Shown one piece after another: positions 50,362 through 62,697 of a stretch of DNA of 64,000 nt. Each line of letters begins with the position of its first letter. Position 1 is the stretch's first letter. The DNA is from Pelomyxa schiedti (lineage: Eukaryota; Protista; Evosea): NCBI GenBank assembly GCA_020536535.1, contig JAHLWZ010000835.1, forward strand, positions 1 to 64,000. Reading direction: 5' to 3'. Both the position numbers and the translations under genes were made by a program. A model generated the notes under the pieces. The model was not told where the DNA came from. It saw nothing but the letters and a program-made list of their open reading frames with translations, and searched no databases.

Positions 50362-53300
50362 TTATGGAAGAATGTTTTCTTTGAGCATTTCTAGCTGGGC
50401 AGTGAGTTGCTCAATTTGTTGTTGCAGCTGGATATTGTCAGAAGACCTTCGGGCAACATAATTCGTGAAAACATTGTTGCGGTCACTTGTTACTGTGGGC
50501 TGTGGTGCTCTACTAAGGTTTGTGTCAAAAGTTGCATAGAAAATATAGTCTCCGGAGCCAATAGTGATTCTAGCTCCCACTGGTGAGTGTGACTGTAAAT
50601 AAATGTGTAGTTATACACAAGGGTAAACAAATTTTGGGGAGTACAATGACGGCATCCAGAATTCCAATTAATTTGAGGTTATTTTGGCTGGTAACTTCGA
50701 AGCCATCAAAAATTAGTGTATCCCGCTCTGAGAGCTTTAGTACCGCAAAATCTGTTTGGATTGTCAACATTGAAAATTCTGAACTTCTGAATACCAGGTA
50801 GCAGTAAGACGGCACGCGAATTGTGTGGTACTTGAACTGCAACTTGATAAGTATCCTCACTGAGCCATTGCCAGTGTAGGGAAATGAGCCCTTTTCCCGA
50901 CTCATAAGATGCACCAACCAACTGGAGCTGGTCATGTCTAAGTGTTGGAGGGGAGAGTATTATCTCTTCCAACCCGTTTGGATTAATCTAAACTACTGAT
51001 TGAGTCCTCGTAGCAAAGGTATGTTTGGCATACTCCGGCTAAGTAACGATAAAACCATGAATCAATGGAACCAAACATAATGTGGTTTCTACTGTCCACT
51101 CTTGGTCCCTCGAAAGGTGCATCCCATACCTCAAAACCAGTTTACCGTAAGATGGGAAGTAATAAATTAAATGGTACCTCCCATAATGTTGTAGCGTTTT
51201 CGAAGGGGTTATAGGCCATATAACCATAACTTGGATAGGTGGTTTGCTGGACGATCTGTAATGCAACCTCATGGTAACCCAATTCAGAAAGGAGAGGAAA
51301 TAGGAATCTGAGGAGTGTGAGGAGGTGTAATGATGCTCTTTAAGTTCTGTGCCTTGTTCCAATGATTCCCGTTGTGAGATGTGTGTCGTACGCAGCTATA
51401 TCATTCAGAAGTGATTGTACAACAACAGTCTGAAGAGGATGTGAATTGGAAGAAGAGAAATTCACCAAAAATGCACCTTGAGATCGGAAGGAACCACATT
51501 AGCAGTTAGGGCAAGCACATTTGCCGTCTGTTTACCATCTGCATAGCCACTCAAGGATTTATTATAGAAAACTTGGTGAAATTCCTGGCATATAGTGTCA
51601 AAAAAAGAAATGCGACAACTAACATGTCAGACATTTGAAAAGTATGTGTAAAGGTCAGCATAGTATCTAGGCAGATGTTAGTAATGCAAAAGAAAGTGGA
51701 ACAGTACAGGGAATCATCTGAGTGATTCAACAAGCTGCTTATTGTTGACAGGTGTTGCAAATCGTTTAGAAGAGCAAAAGAGGAGCAAAGTGACTGGTTT
51801 GTCATTGTTACTGGCGGAGGTGGTGACCAGTCACCTTGAAGTTTTTAACTTTTTTTTTTTTGATAAGTATCAAACCATAATTGTAATACATCTTTGCCAG
51901 TCCCAGAGGATCATTTTCAGTAGCCCTTTGGACCAAATAGTCTACCCAAGCCACAATATTGTCATAGTACTGTGAAACTGTTGCTACGTCACCATAGTGG
52001 TCAATAAGATAGAATGCGACGGTAGTAACTGCAGTGCCCCAACTGCCAGTAAATTAGCACCCGTACAGTGAGTGGTTAATTGGTTAATATATGAAAAGGC
52101 ACACTTGGGATCGCCTGGAAGCTTGCCAATGGAGAAGGGAACAGTATCTGGAATGGCTCCATTGGAAGCTTGGCTGTCGGCAATTTGTTGCAAAAAGGCG
52201 GCATAAAATGGTTGCAAGTCGAAATTAAACATCGCTTCGTCAACTGTGAGAGCAACATCACCCAACCAACCTTTGCGCTCATCACGCTGAGGACAGTCTG
52301 TGTTTTGGGTATTAGGATGGTGTTACAAGAACATAACTTGCCTGAAGGTATCCCCATAAGGTTTCCCTTCTGGCCCCAAAACACATTGGAATGAATGGCA
52401 TTGAGTACATCATCCGATGTCTCAAAGAAGCCTACCTGTGGGTTTTAATTTGATAACATGCATGACTTAAATTTCGCTGGTGAAACCTCATTTACATCAG
52501 TGTGTACAACAACAGCTTTGATGGAATCTAGGGTTGGAGTGGACCAGCTGTGCCTAACCTTCAAGAATGTGAAACACCAAAGAACAGCTTTAAAAAATAC
52601 CTCTACATAACGGAACCCATGCACTGTAAATCTTGGTTCATAAATTTCACCAGACTTATTGCCATAGAGTATGTATTGATCCGTCACAACAGCACTACGT
52701 AAGTTGTCAACATATCCCATGCCAGTGTATATCCCATCAGAACTTGATGGGTGTTCAGCAATTTCAGTGTATTTAATCTGTAGTACTTTGAGCCAAACAA
52801 AGTATGGAGGGCGAGATATACAGAGATGGAAGATCCAGCAGGGCCTACAACACGATATTTTACCTGTGTACAGATCAGGAAAACGAACCAAAAATAAATA
52901 AATACCCAACCAACTAGGTTTTGTCCGAAGTCATATATATATGTATTGGCTGCTTTGTATGTGCAGGAGAGTGCTGAAATTTCTGTTTTCTTGAAAATTG
53001 GAATCAGAAGACACATATTTCCATAATCATGTGTACTTCTGGTCTAACAGGTTCCACGGTCATTAATGTAAGTTCTCCACCAGGAGCGTCCATAGCCTCT
53101 GCAGCCAGCCACAGAGACGATGGATCACTGAACCCAGGGTTCACCCACCCAGGTCTATATAATCTACCATCCACATGTTCACCGTGGTAAAGGCTGTCCT
53201 TATTCCATTTCAATTTGCTGTGGCTTTTCTTGTTTTCAACTTACATATGTGATTGAACCACTCCTTCCGACCCAGGTTGTGTCAGAGTAGACAGTTACAG

Positions 53301-54349
53301 TTTCGCCAGTATTCACTTCAATGACCAATGCAAGTATCATTCTAGGAGGGCCATAGTTTGGTTCTGCTTGACAGCCAAGCCATTGGTCCTGACCTTAGGC
53401 CTCAATAGAAATAAAGCTGGTGAAACGATACCTGTGAATACCAACCATTTCCCAGCATTACACCAATGGCATTGGTCCCAGTGCGTAAAATGGATGTAAC
53501 ATCATAGGTTACATACATAACACGTTTCTGAACAAATTGAGTGGGTTTTAGACAGAGGACAATACTTCATATAGGGTCCAAGTGGGGTCAAGTTTTCGGG
53601 TTGCATCAACAGCCTCACCATTAATGTAAAGTTCATAGTATCCAATGCCACTTATGTAAGCAATTGCTGAATGAATAGCTGAAGTTAAAGGGAATTCCTT
53701 AAAAAATCAATTAAGAAAAAGGGAAAAGTGATTTTGGACAGATACCTTCCTGAGCTCATTCATTGTTATGACAGAACTGCCAATCCAGGTGGCATTACTG
53801 AGTGCACTAGAACTGACCACCAAAAACTTTCCATAAAACGTGGCTTGTGAGTTCAAGTTGGTCCAAACCTGTACAAGAAAAAAAGTTTTCAGTAACAAGG
53901 AAAAACCCTCTCGGACATACTCTCACTGACCACTTGTAGTATCTATGAGGGGCCAATGGCATGGGTCCAGAATACTGTACATGTTGTGACTGGGAGGACT
54001 GCACCATTCCACTATCCCACAGAAATAAATCCTCATCCTGAACCTCTATAATTACAACGAGATAATAAAATCCAGAAACAAAACCCTGAAGAAGAAGGGG
54101 AAAAAAGAATGCCTGAATCTGGATTTGATACGCGGCCTGCACCAAATTTCTGGCACCCTCTGCATCCAATTTCCACGAAAAGGACGGTCTCACTCCTTCC
54201 TCGATAGAGTCCACCCGTGATTCCGAGTCACGGAACGCAGTAGATCCACCCTCAGTCCTCAGCCTGCCCCTCAGTGTCAGTCCCATGCAACACCCAATCG
54301 CCATCAGCAACAGATTCAATGACACAAGTGCCCTGCCAGCCCTCGCCAT
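50362..54349 (-). CDS. Secreted alpha-L-rhamnosidase, glycoside hydrolase family 78
   Basis: Signal peptide-like N-terminus; PSFSW, QAAYQI, LWDSG, GIGYYELYING, MLGNGWY, DFGQN, PRFTVHGFRYVE, DCPQRDER.GWLGD, GDW, TTGIIGT, YPSYGYM, ATTLWE and NHIMFG. Confidence 0.93.
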
Positions 54350-54589
54350 CTTTCGTGCAAAAATCTGAAGTCCACGCTTCCACTAACTCATCCTTCTCAA
54401 TCAACCAGGAGGTGCTCTGAACTGGAGAGGTCCTGGCTCAGGAAGGCTTATGCATATGCCAGCAACTGGGCCCAGAGATTCCGCAGGGAAATGCTGCCTC
54501 TGAACCCCCAACACCATTAATTGGGTTGCAGATTACATAAAAGAAAGGGTTTTTGCCATAAAAAACAAAAACAATAAACAATAAAATAA

Positions 54590-57500
54590 ATGTCGTTGAA
54601 CGAGAGACGTAGCAATGACATGGACGTTTCTACTTCGAGAGAAATGGAAGATGAATCTCGAGCCTATGGTACATCTCGTGTTTGGTTTTTTTACGCTTCT
54701 AACAGCTACAGGCGTGAAACTTCCGGATGGGTATCAATTAGTTACCACGAGTGATACAAAGAAGATCCCGGTGCCCCCTGTGGCGTTGGTGTCACCTTCG
54801 CTTCTTTCCGTTTGCATTCCGACCGTTTCTCGCGAAGCACCGACAAGGGAACGGCACTCTACCGCCACATCTACTTCTTCATCTAATTCACCTACACTTC
54901 CCCACGTAAATTCATCCTCCACTTCAACTCCATGTGTGAATACTCCCTCCATTACCTCCGACACTACTGCGTCTCTTGTAACAATCGTAGCACATAGACA
55001 GAAACCACACCGCCGATCATTTCAAGCCTTATGTGATCACAACACCGATTTCATGACAAGTGATTTTAGTACCTCCCTTCACAACTATGGTGCCTGCACC
55101 TCAGCTTTATCAGCTATTCCACCTACTCTTACACAAACAACCAGCTCACCCAGCACCTCAAACACGTTAGACGACAATTTTGTAGATGATTTCAATGTAA
55201 GCAGTGAGAGTGATAGCGACAGTAGCAATAGCAAAAAATACACCAGTTCTAGCAGCTGCAGTAGTCAAAGTGAGAGTGAGACACCTCCACAATCTACCGG
55301 CGACGAAAGTTTGGACACCCCAGAGCATGCACCCCAAAATGATACTGACAATGAAAGTGACGATCAAAGTATGGATACTGACGGAAGTGATGACGCATTC
55401 TTACATTCAGTAACTGGAGGCGGTGCCAGTGGGATTGGCTTTGTGTGGATAACCGTCATTCCCCTTGTGGTGAACCTTACTGAAATCGAACTAGAAAGGG
55501 GAAGACTACTATGCGCCACCTCCCATCGCAATTTACACAACGTTAAAGCTGTAAAGACAATCATTGCGGTGAGTAGCTTACTCCTTTATTTATATATTTA
55601 TATTGCTAAATGAGACTCAGGATGGAAGAAGCTTGTTGTATTTCGTCACGGAAACTCTCAAATCATCTCAAACACTACGACAAATGCTCGATCAACGAAA
55701 GCAAATAAAACTCAAGCTTGGAACTGTTTCAGGCCTCGAACCTGCTGTAATTGGGGTTCAGGATGCTGATGACTCTTGCACACTACGAGATAGTCACCAA
55801 AGTACTACAGAGAACAATTCGTTGGATCAATCCACTGATCACCCACAGACAACCAAACCTCAGCACAACCATTCACACCATCACAGACAAAAAGCTCCTC
55901 CCACTTCAGGAGCGAAAGTCAACTCCACAAGCTCTGCCCCAACGGAATCACCAACATCTTCACCCAAGGAAGCCCCTGCAATATGTGATATTGAAGTAGA
56001 AGAAGTTGACGAAAATTTAGAGCACGCTTATTCCTTAATGGGCCTTTGCAATGCCTTACGTTTTCTTCATGATGAATGCAAGCTTGTTCATGGTGCCCTT
56101 AGTTCAGATAGTGTGTATCTTGCCAGAGATGGAGGCCTTAGAATCGCTAACCTCTGGTGCACGATGTCTCCATCTTTGAGATTTGTAACGCAATCTATAA
56201 TATCTCCACCAGGTACCTGCGTCTCCCCTTTCGATTTGGCATTTTTATTTACCAAATTAAGAGGTTTTACGAGGTGAGACCCCAACCAGTGCCTCTGATG
56301 TATGGTCATTGGCGATTTTATTCCTCGAACTTCTTAGTGGCGAATGCCTTGCGCCGTCACAGTGCAGGGCACTATACTCAAACTCCATTACATGTGCCTC
56401 AGCACTACCTAATCCACCACCGCATCTGGTAACATTTGTTCATACCATTCTTGGGTCCAGGCAGTCAGCCTGGATGAAACTAATAAGTTCAATGCTCCAC
56501 CCTGACCCTCTCCTCCGACCTTCTGCTCTCTCCGTTTTGCAAAGTCTTATATGCAGTTTTTCACCTGTGCCCTTGCAACGTAAGAATGAGACATTTCTTT
56601 TGATTTTTTAACAGTTCCAAGCAAGCCTTGCCCTTCTCAACTGCCCAAAGCCCACTTCTCCCCCGACTGCTGATGAAATTGAACTACGACAATGGCTACA
56701 CTATATAGAAGTGGCGCCAATGCGTGCCCGCACACTTATGCGTAAGGCTTTACAGTCTGACCCAAACTGTGTGACTGCAATGCTTTTGTTGCGCCGTCTA
56801 TACAGCCGTCATCCCCTTACAATGCAAGATCTTTTACCAGTTGTGTCATGCCCAAAAGAAAGTCTGTTACAGAGGGCATTGAAGTCTCCTAGACCTTCAC
56901 AGGTTGAGCTTTTTGCCAGTATTTATCTAATTTCTATAGGTGAGAACCCGTGTCACTCTGGAGCAAATAGCAGCACGAGAAAAAAATGCATCCTGCTATT
57001 TCTTTTTAGCACTTTGCCACAAACATGGAATTGGCACAGCAAAGAGTGATATTGATGCTGCGGAATACTATGTGGTTGCTTGTTCGCTTGGGAATGCTGA
57101 GGCCTGTTGTAACTTGGGTGTTTGTTACAGGTATCAACACACTTAGTGACCCGCCATTCCTGAAGTCTCTTACAGAAATGGGTCTGGTGTTGGGTCACTG
57201 GATGAAAAGAAGGCTGCCCAACTTTACAGACTTGGTTCAGAACTAGGAAATGCTGAAGCCAGGCGAAACCTAGCCTGGTGCTATTCAACAGGAACGGGAG
57301 TTGTTAAGAGCTATCGCATTGCAGCGAAGCACTATCACATATCTGCAATCACACAAAAGAATGCAGCCGCTTTATGCAACTTGGGCTGGTGCTATTTACA
57401 AGGCTGTGGCGTGCAAAAAAGTAAAAGAAAAGCTGTAAAGATGTATGAGAGGTCCGTTGCTCAAGGACATGCTCTTGCTCAATTCAATCGTAAGTTCTAT

Positions 57501-58009
57501 TGAACCTTTCTCAACATACAAATAAGTGACTTGCAGTTGGCTGGTGTTACGCTGCCGGCATTGGAGTTTCACGAAATGACATCATGTCATCCAAGCTCTA
57601 CCGCATGGCTGCTGAGCAAGGTGTTCCTGATGCACAGTGCAGTTTGGGCTGGTGCTTTGTAAATGGAACAGGTGTACGGTACAAAGATCCACAGGAAGCT
57701 GTGCGTCTTTTCAGTAAAGCCGTTGAAACATCACAGGACCCACTAGCACAATACTCACTGGGGTGGTGCTATTACCATGGACAAGGAGTGAAGCAGGATG
57801 CAGTGGCGGCACGGAAGCTATTCCGCAGTGCCGCCGAGAAAGGAAATGTACTCGCACAATACTCCCACGGTGTATGTCACTACCACGGCATTGGAGCAGC
57901 CAAAGACACGAGAGAGGCCGTCAGAATGTTCAGAATGGCTGCTGAAAAAGGCTACAAGGAAGCCCAAGTCATACTCACACAACTGAGTGTGAAACCACAA
58001 AAAGATTGA
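54590..58009 (+). CDS. Pseudokinase with C-terminal Sel1-like repeats
   Basis: Kinase-fold ALRFLHDECKLVHGALSSDSV..LRIANL, PEVL, SDVWSL and HPDPLLRPSA (HRD and DFG lost); several AxxxLGWCYxxGxGV Sel1 repeats. Confidence 0.85.
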
Positions 58010-58106
58010 AGAAAAGAAAAGAGTTGTGAATAACAGGGCCTTTTTTTTTTTACAAACATGAAATTGACAATGCGTCAGGTACAATGGAGTAGAAATTAGA
58101 AGCAGT

Positions 58107-59075
58107 TTAGAACTGCTCAAAAAACTGGCATATTGTGGGGTGCCTCTTAAATCCACGGAAAAATTCTTCTTTGGAGAGGAAGCCATCCTGGTGGTTGAAA
58201 TAAGTTAGAATTGTGCACGGGATGGCAGTGAATGAAAGTACTTGGTTTGTGTCACATTTATCAAAGATAATAGAAGTGACTTGGTCTATTTGCTTTAGAT
58301 CCGCCGGAGTTAACTCGAGATCATCGGCTGATTTCCCTGAAGCAACAGAAGCACCAGCTCTTTGCTGTGGCTGTAAGACTTGGAAATGTGAAGAGGTGCC
58401 AAACCTCTTTAATGAACACTGAAAATACATGTCTAGTTCCGGCGTTATTTTATATGTATTTAAAAGGGTGGAACTAACTTGACTTCATCCTTAGAAACAA
58501 GGCCATCATAATCCCTGTCAAACAACTGGAAGGACGCTGTATCAGGTAAAAACGACTTAAAACATTTTTTCCTTTGTTACCTTCAAGTCTCTGATCTAGA
58601 TAAGTGTAAGCGAGGTAAGAGTTTAGAGGAAAATGCATACCTAGAGTCCCTGCTTGCGTTATTGCTACCATTGTCAAATATTCTTTGATGTCCATAAAGC
58701 TTCATTTTTATTAGGGTGAAGTTATAAGCAGAATGCGGACCGCCGTACCCACTATGGTCTCTGTCAAAAATTTCAAAAGTCTTCATACGATCAAAATACA
58801 GTAGAATAAACTGCAGAGCACACCTTCTCAGCAGATTCTCTGCACATAGTTTCATCCAAAATACTATTTACAAATCCTTCTCTCGAAATCAAGCCGTGCT
58901 GATCGGCCTGGCTACGAAAACTCTCCATCACCTGCCTGAGGTATTCCGGTGACACTAAGGAAGGAAAAAACGTCAGGATCTGATTCGACTCGGCACGCAC
59001 GCAACACGTACAATTGTATTGCCTCCGTATGGACTCCACATCTGCTCTCGTCATGCCTGACTCCCCTGACCCCAT
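58107..59075 (-). CDS. EF-hand calcium sensor, NCS/calcineurin-B-like, N-myristoylation motif (paralog 1)
   Basis: MGSGESG..; FDRDHSGFMDIKEY, FDRDYDGLVSKDE, DTNQDGFLSKEEF. Confidence 0.88.
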
Positions 59076-59321
59076 CTTCCGTTGTATTTTGTGATTGCTT
59101 GGTTTTTGTGTTCGTTCTCTGAATCTCGAAAAGCTCAGAGATTTAACCACAAACAACCAAACGCCAGAACTCCCTTCCATTAATTACAAAAGAAGCAACT
59201 CAGGGTCTCAGAAATCTCCGGATTTCTTGCGAAAAAAAAGAGAAAAAATGAGAGCTTTGCCTGTATCCAGGCAGAAAATACAACTACTTTGCAATGGTTT
59301 TTTTTTTCCCTATTTAAGGGA

Positions 59322-60320
59322 CTAAAATTGCTTGAAGAAGCCACATACATCTGGATTCTTGGTGAATCCAACCATGAACTCCTCCTTAGAGAGCCAACCA
59401 CTCTGTTTCCCATTAGCTTTTCTTTTGAAAACGGTAAATAAAATGGTATTGCACACCCTATCAGTATCGACTTTGGTAAAAATTGTCTCAACAACTTGGT
59501 TAATAGCGTCCATTGCAGTCTTGTCAAGCACCACAGAAGCAGTGGATCCACCTGTTCTAGCAACCCGCTTCTATTGGATTGTAAGGAGAAGTACTATAAA
59601 TGAAACAGGCAACCTGCTTCACGACCATGATGAACATTTCTCTAACCTCATCACGGGTTACTCTTCCATCACCATCCTTGTCAAACAGTTGGTAAGAAGC
59701 TGTTTTGATTTTTAGTCAGGTGAATTTATCACTGTAACCAGAGAGAAACGCCTTCACCTTCAAGCTTTTGTTCTGGTTTTCGGAGGGTTGTTGGGTAAGT
59801 CTAGTCCGTAAAGTATTGTAAAACATTTACCAAGTGTTCCACCATGAGTAACTCCCATCATAGCAAGGTACTCTCTTACATCCATAAAACTGTTGCGGTG
59901 TTAAAGGTTTCGAACGCATTGCAACGGACCAAACCCGCTTCCATCACGATCAAAGGATTCAAAGACCTTGGTGGCATATGAACAAGAGAAAGGAACAAAC
60001 CCTCTTTTTTTTTTTTTTTTTTGTAGTAATTATAAAAAGGAGGTACCTTATCAGCCAAGTCGGCGCACATAACACCAGAAAGAATAGTCATAAAGGCTGG
60101 TTTGGTAATTCGCCCGTCCTTTCCAGCGTGCGTGTTGAAACTCTTCACGACAACATCGAATTTATCGGGTGGTACTGCAGAATGAAAGAAAAAGCAGTGT
60201 TACGAAAAGAAAAAAAAAAAAAAGTGGGATTGAATTAGTTTATGGAAACACACTCGCGTATTGTCTTCGTATGTTTTCTTGTTCCTCCCTCGACAATGCA
60301 CCACTATTTGACGCCCCCAT
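59322..60320 (-). CDS. EF-hand calcium sensor, NCS/calcineurin-B-like, N-myristoylation motif (paralog 2)
   Basis: MGASNSG..; FDRDGSGFMD, FDKDGDGRVTRDE, DTDRSGWLSKEEF; ends ..FFKQF, like paralog 1's ..FFEQF. Confidence 0.88.
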
Positions 60321-60547
60321 AGGAGTTTTCCTTGTCTTGGTTTTTTTTTGTTTACTCGTTCTTTTCTTTGGTTTTGAGAGAGATGTTAGGATTCTGGGAA
60401 AAAGCCGGCATCGTTTCTCAGATTCCTCAGGGGTGTTTTCCTTCAGTCATCTTCCCACCTGTGGGATCCCCCAATCTCCACCACATCTCTCCTGTAACCC
60501 CCCCCCGCAGACAACTTGTCCAGCTTTCTTTTGGCCAACAAACAGAC

Positions 60548-62640
60548 ATGAACGAGACCCTTGGGTTGATCGGCCACCAAGGCGATGGTTTGGCCGCTGC
60601 CGCTACTTACGATCCCACAATGAGGGATTACCGCCCTCGTGGGGGCTCTTCGTCTTCGTCAACGTCGGCTTCTGCGGCGAATTTGGTTGCCAAACCCATA
60701 ATTGTGCCGGCCAGCCTCAGGGGCTATTTGTTTTTCATTGCATTTTTTCAATGCATGGGTGCTCTGGAGTTTGGGTACAACACTGGTATTAATATAATAA
60801 AATTATCTAGATACTTACTATGTGAATGAATACTTGTATCTTGAAGATATGTTTCCATTTTCTTTTTGGTCATTTATGTGTTCATTTGCAGCTATATCAT
60901 CTCCTGCAGCTGGACCAATTGTTGATGAGTTTTCTCTTTCCACGTTCCAGCAGGAGGTCTTTGTTAGGTCTATTGCTCTTTAACCATTATATTCTCATGG
61001 TGGCACAGTGCCGTGCTTATTACTGCACTTTTTGGCGCCCTGTGTGCTGGGTTCTTTGCTGACAAATTTGGAAGGAACAAGGTTCTCATTTTTGATGATT
61101 TTATATTTGCCACGGGTATTGGTATAAAGAACCACTCTCTGCACTTATGGAACTTCAGGAATTGTTGTTGAAGTTTTAGCTCCAAAATTTTGGGTGCTGA
61201 TAATAGCTCGATTTATTGTTGGCCTTGGAATTGGTATAATAAATCTCAAAATTTTTGTTCTCACCCGGCTCCAAGGTGTTGCATCTGTAGTTGTACCTCT
61301 TATGGTGCGTCATTTAAATTTCCAGTTGAGCTAAACAAGGAATTGAAGGTAACAGAGATATCCCCAAAACAAATTCGTGGGGAAATTGGTACAATGAATC
61401 AGCTTTGCATTGTGCTTGGAATTGAAACTGCCTACATAATGGGTGCGGCTCTACAAGAAGTCCAATATAGTTGGCGAGCTATGCTGGCTATACCAGCTCT
61501 CTTTGTATTTGTTCATTCATTGAATTATCACTTATCCTCTTAGTGTGTAACCCATTTTTTTATGGCTTGTATATTGGATGTGGAAACACCTCGGTGGCTT
61601 GCACTCAAAGGAAAAATTCACAGAGCTACCAGAATGCTCAAACGTTTGCGGAAGTCTCTCGACATTACTTCTGGTTACAATCCACCTCTGTCTTGAGGGA
61701 TACATATTGTCACATCCTACTTAATCATAGAACTCAAGGAGCTGCAACAAGTTGCAGATGAGTCAAACAACCGAAATATATCTCTCAAAGAAGCATTCAG
61801 ATCATTGCGGTGGCGTGTTCTTGTTATTTCCATGGGATTGCTTTTTTTTCAGCAGGTTTTATTCGTTTTGGAGTACTTCTTTTTCACAAGCTAAAGATAA
61901 CGGGCAACAATGCCATCATGTATTACATGGCAACTTTTTTCCAAGATGCTGGGATGAGTGAAGCCAAGTCTAATTATGTTTCAATACTTGTTGGCGCTGT
62001 CAAGGTATGTTGGACTTCTCAATTACCACTCATTTTTATGTGTATACAGGTCTGCATGACTATAGCCAGTGTATTCCTTCTTGATCGTGTTGGCAGAAAA
62101 CCTCTTCTCCTTATTGGCATTTCATGTATGGCCATGACTCTTCTTGGAATTGCCAGTGTCTTCTTTTTTGAAGATAAAATGACTGAGGTCGATCCGTTTT
62201 CTACCCTTAACCTAACAATGCACACAGACCGCCCTTGGGATAGTATGTGTAATTTTCACCATTCTTTTTGTAATGGGGTATGCATGCAGTCTTGGGGTAA
62301 GCTCCTATTCCTTACGGATTTAATGTAACTAAAAACTTCATACCAGTGTGTGCCGTGGATAGTAACCTCAGAAATATGTTCCAATAGAGTGAGAGCTCTG
62401 GTTATGAGCCTGGCACTTGGTGTCAACTGGACAACAAACTTCCTTGTTTCTGTGACTTTTCTATCCTTTGTGGAGGCAACCAATGAGCAGACTGTATTCC
62501 TATTTTTTTCTGCCTGGGCCACTATCGCTCTGATCTTTGTAATCTTTTTGGTTCCAGAAACCAAAGGCAAAACCCCTCAGCAAATCGCACACCTAATGCA
62601 TGACACCCTACCCAAAGAAACACTAGTAACATCTTCATGA
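60548..62640 (+). CDS. MFS sugar porter (GLUT-like) transporter
   Basis: FGYNTA, ADKFGR, EISPKQIRG, WR, ETPRWL, QQITGNNAIMYY, DRVGRKPL, PWIVTSEI, NW and VPETKGK. Confidence 0.93.
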
Positions 62641-62697
62641 TTGTATCCTTTAGTTCAAAATAAAATTTTTGGTGAATCCATTTTTGTGGTTTTCAGT

